A stretch of 64,000 nucleotides of DNA. Origin: Octopus vulgaris. Lineage: Eukaryota. Made by a program: the position numbers and the translations under genes. The notes beneath the pieces were generated by a model, which made no database searches, was not told where the DNA came from, and saw nothing but the letters and a program-made list of their open reading frames with translations. Positions 48,955 to 61,467 of this stretch are shown piece by piece (position 1 is the stretch's first letter; the number at the start of each line of letters is the position of its first letter). The DNA is taken from the NCBI GenBank assembly GCA_951406725.2, contig OX597815.1, forward strand, positions 151,838,001-151,902,000, written 5' to 3'.

Positions 48955-49668
48955 TCTCTCTATATATAAACGGCAAAATGTGTGTGTGTATCCTTTATAC
49001 AAATCCACAATTTTTCAGTTAGAGGGCTCGCACTTTCTATGGTCATTCAAAACCATCCAAGGGTGGTTGTGAAGATCTTTTCATTTCCCCAGTTACCCCT
49101 GAAAGCCATTAAAAAAAAAATTGATAAACCGACCCCTTATGTTTCAGGTAACAAAAGTCTTTAATACAAGGGACGTAACTCCAGCAGTTTAATCTAAAGA
49201 TATTAAATCATAGCAAGGGAAATAACTCTTTAAAACTCTGCATTTCTCTCCCTTTGTTATGTATCACACCTCAATAGTGTACCGGACAAATTTATCCAAT
49301 TTAGGACCAGAACTTTCCCGGATTTCTGGATTTTCCAGTTCCCCAGAGAATTTCTAAACATTTGCTTAAAATCTCTATATCTATAAATGGCAAAATGTCT
49401 GTTTTTTGATTGGTCGGCGATAACTTTACACCTGAAAGTTTGATGTGCATGCACATTTGCAGACAGTCTGTATGACTGCATTTTTGTGTTTTGCAAAGAC
49501 ACGTTATGATGTATTTTGGCTTTCAAACGTGCACGCTTGTTTGATTTGAGAAATGCAGGGAATAATTAATGAGTTAGACCAAGTGAATGACAAGAGAGCG
49601 GGATTTTCATGAAAGACCAAATATGCTTGACTAGCACTAGACCCAACAACGCCGGGTCATAGTGCTAG
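48955..49668 (+). mobile_element. Non-autonomous Helitron
   Basis: A|TC 5' end, CTAG|T 3' end, terminal hairpin ctagcacta-gaccc...gggtc-a-tagtgctag; a second tctctatat.tataaa start lies at about 49372. Confidence 0.75.
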
Positions 49669-50877
49669 TGTGCTATAAAGAGCATCAGCTTTTTGTTTGT
49701 ATCCCTAACCAGCAAAATGTTTGGACTGGAGATGTTTTGTGGACGTTGTGTTTGTGTATCAGTCTACTGTGTTTTTTTCTTTCAGTTGAGATGTGTATTG
49801 TTGTTGCTGGCGGTGGTGGATTTGTCCATGTGGGTGTGGTTTCCACAATGCTGTCACAATTGTGTGGCTTGTTCGGAGCTGATGCATCTTTTAAAAACTT
49901 CTATGTCTATTTTTTTAACATGTTAGGTTGCCTCACAAGATGGTGTTCTATGTGGGGGATATCTGATGCGGGAGGAAGTCGAAGTATGTTTGCATGTGTC
50001 AAACTCCATGTGTTTGAAAAAGCTGGAGAGCAGGGAGGGTAACAGAGATGTAGTTTGGTTGAATATTTTCCTGTGGTGTGGGGCCTCAACCCAAAAACGT
50101 GACTGGTATGTTACTTTATCAACCCTGGAGGGATGAAAAGAGTCAACTTTGCATTTCATCCTTCCAGGGTTGATAAATTTAAGTTCCGGTCAAATGGTGA
50201 GGTCAATGTAATCGGTTAACCTCCCCTCCTTGATAGTTTCTGGCCTTGTACCAAAATTTGAAACAATAACAACAATAAATATTTGCTGTGTGATTAGACG
50301 GAATGGTTTAAAGAGATACAACAAACTTCAAAGAATGTTGATCAGGAAGCTAACACAGACATGTAGAAGGGCTAACTTAGAGGTGAGGGTAAGATGTTGA
50401 ACATGAAACAAAATGCAATTTGACAAGTTAAAAAACTGATCGTTAATCACATGGTATTTCCAATTATAAAAATGGATGTCATCATTTAGCAATAAATGAA
50501 AGAAAGCAAGGATGATCAATGCAAACATTAACCCATATGATGTCAACCTGGCTGAAACCACCTCTGGTTCTGTAGTACAAATGTCTTGTTTTCAAAAGTT
50601 CTGAATTAAAATCTTCCACCAAACCTTAGTCACAAGTTTATGTTCCTAACTCTAGCTTAATGATAACCAAGTTATTTTACTAATTTCCTTGTTAAATTTA
50701 GAATTAATTGAAAGAAACATGGAGCATCTCAACAGAAATATGGTAACAACAGGGTTAAATGTAACATTTATTGAGACAACTTGAATTCGAATGGATTAAA
50801 TCTATTTGAAGTAAAAGACTGTTGAATATATTTAATATAAGAAAAATATCTACCTGCTAAAATATGCTTCCACTTAC

Positions 50878-51001
50878 CTTACAAGCAGCTGTTATTTTTA
50901 AGGCATAAGGGTGCATCCCGATGAGGAAGATGATATTAACAACACTTAAAGAAATGCACTGGCATATCAAAATCTTTGAAGACAAACATTTCCGCAGTTC
51001 T
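50878..51001 (-). CDS. aGPCR ICL1-TM2-ECL1 exon
   Basis: ttattcag acceptor, GTAAGT donor, 124 nt: ELRKCLSSKILICQCISLSVVNIIFLIGMHPYALKITAACK (LR...SKILI..C.SL motif; conserved Cys before TM3). Confidence 0.9.
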
Positions 51002-51575
51002 CTGAATAACAGAAAAAGAAATGATAATATACACACACACAAAAGTGGCAAGCTGGCAGAAATGTTAGCACACCGGATGAAATGCTTAGCAGTATTTCGT
51101 CTGTCTTTACATACTGAGTTCAAATTCTGCTGAGGATGACTTTGCCTTTCATCCTTTTGGGGTCAATAAATTAAGTAATATAATATTAATAACCTATAAA
51201 GGTCTAAACTTGCTAGCCACTCTATTATTATCATTATTATTATAAGTAATATTAATGATACTTAAATTTATATATTACTGGGTCATGTTAGGTTCATTTT
51301 TGAATGATGTGTAATGTGATGAATATTTCAGGAATAGATGCCATAGTGTTAGGTCCAGTTGATGAGCTTAAGTATGTTTTACATACAGAAAGTGAAATCA
51401 ATTGATGCTGGAATATACATTACCTACTTTTGTATTCAATGCAAGGTAAACCTATTTCTGTTATGTTTATCACATCCACCATGCATAGTTTTATAGTGAG
51501 TAAATTGTGGTTTCAGAGAGATATCTCTGTTATGCAAGTGGTATTTTTATACCCATCTGTATTTTGTTTATATAT

Positions 51576-51630
<55 letters not shown>

Positions 51631-51889
51631 TGTGTGTGTATGTGTGTGTGTGTGTATTAGGTTATTTGTGTTAGCGGTTGGAATAAACGTCTAAGGGATA
51701 AGAATATCCATTTAACTACAGGTATAAATTACCTATGTTAACCCTGGGCATACATATGCAAACATATTATGCTTATAGGATACAAGCAATGACAAAAATA
51801 AACATGAGTTTATCAGGAATTAAATTTAAATTCAGCAGAAAATGGAGAAATATTGATCAACAACAATTGACTAATATCGATTATTACTT

Positions 51890-52960
51890 TTTAATAGAAG
51901 TTTTTGCATTCCGGGGCATTTGTCTGCTTATAGTTGCACTGTCTCACTTAATTGTGTTGTTTTGGCCAGGAGCACCGGTTGGCCAGAATTGTGTGTTGCT
52001 GTGTTTTGAACTGTCTTCCTTCTTTCTTTTTCTCTTCTTTGTCTTCCTTGGAAATGTTTTTTGACTTTGTTTGGACTTTTATTTTGAAATGTTTCCTGAA
52101 CTTTTTCTTCAAAGCATGGCAAAGAAAATGAACACTGTGTTGGAGTGGGAAATCATTCCACCCAAGCAATGGACATAGAGGAAAGAATGGTGGTGTTGAG
52201 GACCATCACTCGACACCATCGCGGTCTTTCCTAAGAGAGAAATAGAAAAAGAGTTGTCAGAACATCTGCCAACTATTAAGTTTATTTCCAGGGGTGTTAG
52301 ATATGCAATGGTGTGGTTGCTATTTGACACCCCTGAGGTGGCTGGCAAATTTGCGAACCAGCCCTTAGAAGGGCAAAAGATTCTGTTTCTTCCCACATAT
52401 TGAGGGAAAAAATTAACAAGAGCTTGGGTCTGTGGGCTGCTACTGGGCATTGACCTGGAATGGATAGAGGACACTATCTGCTGGAGTCTGGATGGCAGCA
52501 GGCCAAAGCTTTTAAATGTGAAATTGTTGCCAGCAGCTGACTGGGTGGGGTTTAAACCGCTTTTGACCCTATGGACCTGATCAGATGCTAAAGATCTGGT
52601 ATTTCCAGATCTTTTGAAAATGGCCGGTTGCAGGTACCCAGTGATACTTGTGGGACGCCTCACCCCCAATGTCACTTGTACCTGGAATTAGGCCATATTA
52701 AGAACTGTCCCCAGGACCAAAGTAAGTTCCTGGAGTAGTTAATAAAAGTAGCACTCCCTCCTCCTTTGGAGGGAGAGATGGAGGCATTCGAGGAGGTGGA
52801 GACCTCCTTGAAATAAGGGAAAAAAAGGAAGAAGGTGGGCAGCAATGGTTGCCCACCGAAGGACCCCAAGACTACGGGAGGGAGGGAAGATCCTCCAGAT
52901 AAAGCGGAGGAACTACACCCTCCTGTAGCACAAGGGAGAAAAAAAGAAGACGACGAAGAA
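51890..52960 (+). mobile_element. Degenerate Tx1-type 5' UTR + ORF1 remnant
   Basis: KILFLPTY*GKKLTRAWV...WIEDTI aligns with ORF1 IMLLPTYMGKRTAKLYV...WVAAAV; a decayed zinc knuckle lies at about 52660-52710. Confidence 0.6.
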
Positions 52961-53379
52961 TGGAACATTGTTGGCAGTTAGTAGTACACTAACTAGAAGT
53001 AAGGTATACAGAATATGGTAGATACCTGATGGAAGGTATTTACTTGGTTCCACGTCTCTAAACAGTTTCCAGGAAGTCAATGTCCTTAGCAAGATAGGGG
53101 TTCCAGACTGGTGATGTAAATTTGTATGTTTTGCTTCATGTATGCATTTCATTGCATATAGTTGCATCTCTAGACATGCTCGTATATATTTAAATGATAA
53201 AGTTTTGTAAAGTTTTACAGATTTTTACAGTTCCACTGATGGATTTGATCCGTTGTCCACATATTAGTTTTATCCTTTCTGGTTTTGAGCAGCCTAATTT
53301 CTTAAGATTGGTATTTAGGCAGTGTGTTACGTATCCCAAGGTCCCAATAATTATAGGTATGTATGTAAGCAGTATAGTG

Positions 53380-54515
53380 TACCAAGTATCTATGTGTATG
53401 GTAAACGACTTGATGTAGTTGATCAGTTTGTCTACTTGGGAAGCACTATATATAGATATGGCGATTTGGATGATGAAATTCCATATAGAATTAGGAAAGC
53501 AAGTGTTGCTTTCAGAAGGCTAGAAAAGCGCCTCTGGAGTTGATGAGACATATGCAGAAAGACAAAGATAAAGGTGTACAAGGCATGTGTGCTCCCTTCT
53601 CTTCTCTATGCCTGCGAGACGTGGGTCACATATCGATACCACCTTAAACAACTGGAATGTTTCCATCAGATGTGCCTCAGATGGATCTATGGCATTAAGT
53701 GGAAGGACCGCATCCGTGATATTGAAATATTGGAAGGCTCTCGGTGTGAAAGTATAGAAGCTCTTGTGTTAAAGCAAAGGCTCAGATGGAGTGGTCATCT
53801 GGTCAGAATGAAGGATTCAAGGATGCCAAAACAACTCTTTTATGGAGAATTAGCTAAAGGAGAACGACATCTACATAAACCAAAAAAGAGGTATAAGGAC
53901 TTGCTAAAGGCTTCCTTAAGAGATGCTTGCATCTCTCCTGACACATGGGAAGGCATAGCTATTGATCATAGCAGGTGGAGAAGGATTGTGCATGAGGGGA
54001 CAGCCACTTTTGAGAAATCACGAGTTGCACATGAGAAAGTAAGGAGGGATGTCAGGAAGGGCATCGCTGATACACTTCCAGAAGGGAAGGGTCTTCCTTT
54101 GATGCTGACATGCAATGTCTGTGCAAGACCCTTCCTCAGTGAGGCTGGACTCAAGAGTCATCTTCATAGTTATAAAACGAGACAGATGAGTGACAATCTG
54201 GTAACTGGTGGTGGTGTAACACACCATACTAATCATGTCTGTCGGGCATGTAGAAGAGAGTGTAATTCGGCGGGAGGACCTAAACGACATGCAAAGGTAC
54301 ATGAAGCCCAGTTACAACTTACAGCCGGCTATTACCAGTGAAGGTTTTAGTTGCCAATTTTGTACAAAGACATTGTAGATCTGTAGCTGGGCTAAAAAGT
54401 CACATTCGATCACAGCACCAGTAACAGTTAAGCTTCGTGCAATGGCCATACTCAATAACAAGGAGGCAGTCACAATGTATGTATGTATGTATGTATGTAT
54501 GTATGTATGTATGTA
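53380..54515 (+). mobile_element. RTE (BovB-like) 3' fragment with C-terminal C2H2 fingers, (TATG)n tail
   Basis: FVYLGS...EIPYRIRKAS...KVYKACVLPSLLYACETW...RLRWSGHLVRMKDSRMPKQLFYGEL; three C-x2-C-x12-H-like motifs. Confidence 0.85.
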
Positions 54516-55177
54516 TAGACCATTGCTAACACTGTGCCAGGAATACTTAGATTACTGTTTAGGGTCAGGTGATACTGACTAACTTTAAGCAAATGCTTAC
54601 ATTCTACAAATCTCAAGTTGGTTCCAAAATAGAGTACTGCTCACATCTATGCAAGGGTGTTGCCTCTATCTACACACACACACACATACACCACACACAC
54701 ATATATTGTAGACCACACTCAAAAGAAGTTGATCTGGAAGAATGGTATCAATCTTAACTCACCAACACACAATAGCAACTTGCCTGCCATTATACTGCAT
54801 AAAAATAGTAAATATCAATACAGTAGTAGTAGTAGTAGAGACAAAGTCATTACTGTCACTACTTTATTGGTCAGTAATTTTCTGAATTAACAAGCTATAG
54901 ACTAAACACACATGATAGATTTCCCTCATCCTTCAACCTCTCTCTTTTTTATGTCATCCTTATTGTGAGTCACTCAAAAAATCTACACTACCGTTTTTGT
55001 CCAGTCAATCCTCATCAGAGTGACAACTTTTCGAAATTGTCTGTTCATTCATGGTTTTTCCTGTAGACATCAAACCCACATTGATCTTACCAGCCTGTGA
55101 GAACCCGACAAAATGATGGATGCTGTCTCTCAGTATTTAAACAGTTTTTAAAAGGAAATGGAAATTGAAATGCTTAC

Positions 55178-55275
55178 TTGATAAAACCATAAAAGATTGC
55201 TGTAAGAATGTGTAAGACTAATGATATTCCACAGCTAATGTGAGACAAAACAAATAAGTGTTGCTCGGGGGCATC
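55178..55275 (-). CDS. aGPCR TM1 exon
   Basis: gtttcag acceptor, GTAAGC donor, 98 nt: DAPEQHLFVLSHISCGISLVLHILTAIFYGFI(K). Confidence 0.88.
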
Positions 55276-55481
55276 CTGAAACAGACACAAACAACAACAT
55301 ATTAACTCACCCTCCACTTCATTTCATCTGTGTCAATCAATATAAATCATAAGTGGATATAGCACTGATGTAGAAAACGAGGACTACAGTAAACTGCATT
55401 AGAAACAATGTATTATTGGGCTTTCTTCTATTATGTGTTACACAACTCTAATATGAATTTTAACTGCCTTCATAATGTATA

Positions 55482-56338
55482 TCAGGTTGAATAAAATGTT
55501 GAACCATGAAGAATTTGTACCGGATTTTGGCAGAGTTTTGAATTTTTTGAAAACATTTTCTTGCAATTGTCTGATAATACAGACATAGACTTGCCCAAAT
55601 GCATCAATAAATTAACATTGATATTTTTTTCAATGTTGTTACAATCTTCTGAAATGGAACTGTCAAAGAGTGATATTCAAGCAATTTTGCTATTCAACTT
55701 CAAAAAAGGACGTAGAGCAGATAAAAAATGTTCTTTGCTGTTGCTGGAGCAAAATGAAGCACCAGAAACCTTCCCTAAACCCGAGCTCTTCAAAAAGAAG
55801 GTAATGGTGATTGTTTGGTGGTGTACTGCTGGACTCATCCACTATAACTTCTTAAAACCCAGCAAAACCATTACTGCAGAAACATATTGCCACGAAATTG
55901 CCAAAATGAAAAACTGCTATTCCTCCATCACAGATTGGTCAACAGAAACAGGCCAATCATTCTTCATGACAATGCTTGACCTCATGTTTCACTGACAATG
56001 CTCCAGAAGTTGAGGGATCTTGGCTACAATGTTCTTCCCCACCCAGCTTATTCCCCAGATTTTTCTCCTGCAGACTACCACTTTTTTAAGCACCTTGATG
56101 GTTTCCTGCGAGAGAAGGAGTTCAAAAATCAAACCAATGCCGAAAGTGCATTCAAAGAGTTCATTAGCTCCAGAACTCCAGATTTTTATGTTAGCAGAAG
56201 AAACAAACTTGTAACTCGTTGACAAAAATGTGTTGATTTCAATGGTACTTATTTTGATGAACAAAATTTCCTCATTCTTGAAATATATTGTGATGAGTTT
56301 TATGTTTTAAAACATTGCTTACTTATTACTCAACCTGA
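55482..56338 (+). mobile_element. Internally deleted mariner (DD34D, Mos1-like) with TIRs and TA TSD
   Basis: TIRs tcaggttga.../...tcaacctga flanked by TA; KKVMVIVWW, HDNA, HPAYSPDFSPADYHFF motifs; lies in the aGPCR GPS-TM1 intron. Confidence 0.9.
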
Positions 56339-57074
56339 TATATAAGACATCTAAGTAGAGGCAGAATGTACCACCAATCCATAGATTTTTAGCTTAAATT
56401 CAATGAAGATATATCTTTGTACAGGTATTGGATACATGTCCATTATTGACATGAAAGTCTCAGGCAGAGAAATCCAATGAATGAGAGGAGAGGAATCACG
56501 AAGAGGCCAAGGGTTTAACATCTGATCAACGATCATGTTTAATGTGCTATGGAGGTTTGTTATACCTTAAATATGACTCTGTTAGTTAGACAACACAATA
56601 AATTTCAAAACCAGGAGAAATGATTCTGCCTCCCTCCAATTCATATCAATGCTGGAGGAATTCCTATGCATTTCATTGAAAATGGTAGTTTGATACCTCT
56701 AAAAGGTACCATCCTGAATTTAAACTAATAACAGAAATAGCAACAAGAACAGTGCTGTCTTACCATTTATCAACCCTAATAAAATTAAAACTCTTGATAT
56801 ATTATCAAAACAAAAAAAAAAGCAAAATTCTCTTATCCCTCTATAATCAATTTTTAAATATTGTAATCTCATATATCTAAAAATCACAAATGCAACTCTC
56901 ATTTCAATCGAAAATTTAAGGATAACAATACAATAATCCCTATTAATATTTCTATAATACCAACCAACACAAAGTCCAGTAGGTGTGTTAGTATATACAA
57001 CTCTTTAAAATTATTGATACATAAATGTAACTGCTGAATTACTGGTAATTATGACTTGTCATATTGTTACCAAC

Positions 57075-57212
57075 CAGTAGAGTAAAACTTGTAAGGTGGT
57101 TACAGGAACAAATTACTTTCTCTCCAGGCACATAGTTGGATGTTTTACAGCCATTTGTTGACCAACGGGGTTTCTGATCAGAGGATTCATCCCAATAAGC
57201 ACACTGTTGGTT
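57075..57212 (-). CDS. aGPCR GPS (autoproteolysis site) exon
   Basis: ttttttcag acceptor; NQQCAYWDESSDQKPRWSTNGCKTSNYVPGEKVICSCNHLTSFTLL = C-x2-W...W-x3-GC...C-x-C-x-HL/T-x-F. The in-frame donor is GTTGGT (57074); a GTAACA donor 4 nt downstream would be out of phase. Confidence 0.92.
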
Positions 57213-58487
57213 CTGAAAAAATAGAAAAATTAAAATTCTGATAATTTATTTAATCAACTTGCTTTGTAATTAGAATACATGTTTATTATTATGTCTACCT
57301 ATTTGACATAGAAAACATCATTGTCATTTGTATTTGGTTATTATTAACATTGTAATTCCCATATCACAGGCTAGGACAGTTTAGCAGACCATTCCATCTC
57401 ATTTATAGATTTACTCTTTAACTTGTTTCAGTCATTTGACTGTGGCCATGCTGGAGCACCACCTTTAGTTGAGCAAATCGACCCTAGGACGTATTTTTTG
57501 TAAGCCTAGTACTTATTCTATTGGTCTCTTTTCCCGAACCGCTAAGTTATGAGAACGTAAACACAACAGCATTGGTTGTCAAGTGATGTTGGGGGGACAA
57601 ACTCAGACACACAAACATATACACACGCATACATATACACATATATGCAACAAGCTTCTTTCAGTTTCCATCTACCAAATCCACTCACAAGGCTTTGGTT
57701 GGCCTAAGGCTATAGTAGAAGACACTTGCCCAAGGTGCCATGCAGTGGGACTGAACCCGGAACCATGTGGTTGGTAAGCAAGCTACTTACCACACAGCCA
57801 CTCCTATTCCTATGTATATTCTCATAATTTACACCACATCCTATATTCTTTTACTTGTTTCAAATTTACTCAGGGCTTTGTTCCACCCAAGGCTATAGTA
57901 GAAGACACTTGCTCAAGGTGCCACGCAGTGGGACTGAACCCAGAACCATGTGGTTGGTAAGCAAGTTACTTACCACACAGCCACTCCTGTACCTATATAT
58001 ATATTTCGAGACAAAGTTTTTGAAAATGTTAAGATTAAGAAAAAAACTTCTTACAGAGTAGAATGGTATGAAACTTTAGGAAGGAATTTCACAAATTGTG
58101 TGTAGGCTTTAATAAATGTATAAGTGCTTTCAGTTTTCAATGTCATCCAGCACATGTTATGGCTGTTGTATGAAAGTGCTTGCACATTTATTAGAGCCTA
58201 CACACAATTTCTTAAATTTCTTCCGAAAGGTTAGTACCATTCTACTCTCTAAGAAGTTTTTTTCTTAATCATAATTTTTTGAAAAATTCTTTTTCTAAAT
58301 ATTATAGCTGTAACAAAAAATTTCCTAAATTATATATATGGACGGATAACTGAAGAGATGAGGGTGTAGATTTCCACCGCGACGCCTACTACATCGATTA
58401 TTCTATGAAAAACATACCTATATCATCATAGGAACTATACTCTTAGAAACTTTTTGAGAAAATTACAGAGCATTTTTTCAGATGGAT

Positions 58488-58549
58488 GGATAACTGAAGA
58501 GATGGGGGCGTGGATTTCCACCGCGACATCCGAAACTCAGAGCTTTATC
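58488..58549 (+). ncRNA. Degenerate hammerhead motif (truncated tandem copy at 58344)
   Basis: gataa-CTGAAGA-gatg...catcc-GAAA-ctcaga-GCT-ttatc; stems I and II pair but U16.1 reads C. Confidence 0.5.
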
Positions 58550-58600
58550 ATGGCTACCGAATAATTGTCACATATTACATTTACAGATATACATATATAT

Positions 58601-59370
58601 ATCATCATCATCATCATCATCATCATCGCTTAGCGTCCGTTTTCCATGCTGACATGGGTTGGACGGTGCAACTGGGGTCTGGGAAGCCAGAAGGCTGCAC
58701 CAGGCCCAGTCTGATCTGGCAATGTTTCTACGGCTGGATGCCCTTCCTAACGCCAACCACTCCATGAGTGTAGTGGGTGCTTTTTACGTGCCAGACGTGG
58801 CTGGCAAACGGCCATGATCAGATGGTGCATTTTACGTGCCACCGGTACGGAGGCCAGGCAAGGCTGGCAAACGGCCACGATCGGATGGTGCTTTTTACGT
58901 GCCACCAGCACTGGTATCACAGCTACAATTTCCATTCATGTTGATCGATTTTGATTTTTGATTTTGATTTTGATTTTGATTTTGATTTTCACTTGCCTCA
59001 ACAGGTCTTCAAACGTAGAGTTTTGTGTCCCAAGAAGGAAAGGTATGCATAAGTGGACTGAGGCCATGGGTTATGGTCTCACTTGTCCTGCTGGGTCATC
59101 TCACGCACAGCATACTTCCAAAGGTCTCGGTCTCTAGTCATTTCCTCGGTGAGACCTAAAGTTTGAAGGTCGTGCTTCACCACCTCATCCCAGGTTTTCC
59201 TGGGTCTGCCTCTTCCACAGGTTCCTTCAACAGCTAGGGTGTGGCACTTTTTCACACAACTATCTTCATCCATTCTTGCCACATGGCCATACCAGCGCAA
59301 ACGTCTCTCTTGCACACCGCAACTGATGCTTCTTAGGTCCAACTTCTCTCTCAAGGTACTTACACTATGT
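58601..59370 (-). mobile_element. RTE 3' fragment
   Basis: QERRLRWYGHVARMDEDSCVKK...GRGRPRKTW; (GAT)n tail at 58601-58627. Confidence 0.85.
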
Positions 59371-59374
59371 CGAG

Positions 59375-59405
<31 letters not shown>

Positions 59406-59409
59406 AGGG

Positions 59410-60440
59410 GGAGAAACTAGAAGTAGTTGATAGTTTCCGCTACCTAGGTGACCAAGTTAGTAGTGGATGTGGATGCTCAGAGAGTGTCACCACTAGAATA
59501 CGAATAGCCTAGGCAAAGTTTAGAAAGCTTCTACCCCTACTGGTGACAAAGGGTCTCTTACTCAGAGTGAAAGGTAGATTGTACGACGCATGTGTGTGAA
59601 CTGCCATGCTTCATGGTAGTGAAACATGCGTAGGCTTGAAAGAAATGAAGCTAGCATGATCCGCTGGATGTGTAATGTCAGTGTGCACACACGACAGAGT
59701 GTAAGTGCCCTCACAGAAATGCTGGACATAAGAAGCATCGGATGTGGCGTGCAAAAGAGATGTTTGCACTGGTATGGTCATGTATATGGATGGATGAGGA
59801 GAGATGTGTGAAGAAGTGCCATCCCAAACAGTTGAAGGAATCCGGGGTAGAAGTAGACCCAGGAAAACATGGGATGAAGTGGTCAAGCATGACCTTTGAA
59901 CCTTGGGCCTCACAGGGGCAATGACAAAAGACTGAGATCTCTGGAGATATGCTGTAACTGTGAAGACTCAACAAATAACATGAGTACATGGCTGTTTCCT
60001 GCACCAGTTTCACATAGCAGCCCCAGCCCATCCAAAGTATCTTGGATTGCAGAACAGCTTGCTGTGCTTACTTTGGATCATAGGGCAACCTGCTGTGCTT
60101 GAGGAGACCTACTGAGTCAAATACATCAACATCAAAATATATATGAAATGGAAATTCTAGTTGTGATACCTGTGCTAGAGGCACGTAAAAAGCACCAACC
60201 AATCGTGGCCACTGCCAGCCTTCCCTGGCACCTGTGCCAGTGGCACGTAAAAAGCACTCACTACACTCATGGAGTGGTTGGCGTTAGAAAGGGTATCCAG
60301 CTGTAGAAACACTGCCAGATCAGACTGGAGCCTGGTGCAGCCTCCTGGCTTCCCAGACCCTGGTCAAACCGTTCACCCCATGCTAACATGGAAAACAGAC
60401 GTTAAACGATGATTTTGATGATGATGATGATGATGATGTA
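59410..60440 (+). mobile_element. RTE 3' fragment, inverted relative to 58601-59370
   Basis: RRLERNEASMIRWMCNVSV...; same 3' UTR; (GAT)n tail. Confidence 0.85.
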
Positions 60441-60874
60441 TGTATGTATGTATGTATGTATGTATGTATGTATGTATGTATGTATGTATGTATGTATATA
60501 TATATATATATATGTATGTGTATATATATATTCCTGGTTTTAAGGGTATTGTGAGAGGCCTGATTGGAGGCCCAACCTTCCAAATTCTTAGAAAAAGCTG
60601 AAGTACTGCTGCAATAAGTGTGTGAATCTGGGAGGGGAATATATAGAATAAGATCGTAATTAATCAATCCTCCTTTTACCCAAAGCCAGGAACTTTTCAG
60701 CAAACTCTCGTATATATGGAAATGTGGAGTATATCCCTCAACGAAGTGAAGATGATGTTTCTGGAACTCTAGATTCGTGCATTGTACCTTGTTTAACAGA
60801 GACTACCTATGTATATCAGGGATCAGAGCACAGATGATACTGAAAGCAAAACTTAACTACATTCACAGCAAAAT

Positions 60875-61315
60875 TTCTTTTTTCTACTCTAGGCAAAAGG
60901 CCCAAAATTTTGTGGGAGGGGGCCAGTCAATTAGATCGACCCCAATATGCAACTAGTACTTAATTTATCGACCCTGAAAAGCAAAGTCGACCATGGCAGA
61001 AATTGAACTCGGAATGTAAAGACAGACGAAATACTACTAAGCATTTCGCCCAGTGTGCTAACGTTTCTGCCAGTTTGCTGCCTTAATCATAACAAATATT
61101 CTTTTTTACTTTAGGCACAAGGCCCGAAATTTGTGTCGAGAGGGCCAGTTGATTAGACCAACCCCAGTATGCAACTGGTACTTAATTTATCGACCCTGAA
61201 AGGATGAAAAGCAAAGTCGACCTCAGCGGAATTTGAACTCAGAACGTAAAGACAGACGAAATACCACTATGCATTTTGCCCGGCATGCTAACATTTCTGC
61301 CAGCTCACTGCCTTA
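60875..61315 (-). mobile_element. Tandem dimer of SINE family B (other copies about 800-985, 3260-3470, 19910-20140, 25800-26180, 28120-28325, 51045-51180)
   Basis: gagctggcagaaacgttagca...tctgagttcaaattccgc...gtcgactttg...taagtaccagttgcatactggggt; two approximately 230 bp units in tandem. Confidence 0.8.
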
Positions 61316-61467
61316 ATCACTGCAAATATTAATGCATTTATGCTCCTGCTGCTGCCATGGTCCGTATTTTATTTGGGAGGAATCAGAGAGAGCCTTCAAA
61401 TAAAACATTGACAACATTTACAACAACACAAACAACAGCTATTACAAATATAATACTTAGCTGTTAC

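Noticed and set aside
54980-55026. Hammerhead-like motifs on the minus strand (also about 32750-32795 and 34960-35050)
   Set aside because: Core too decayed (GAAA or NUH missing, wrong spacing) to call.
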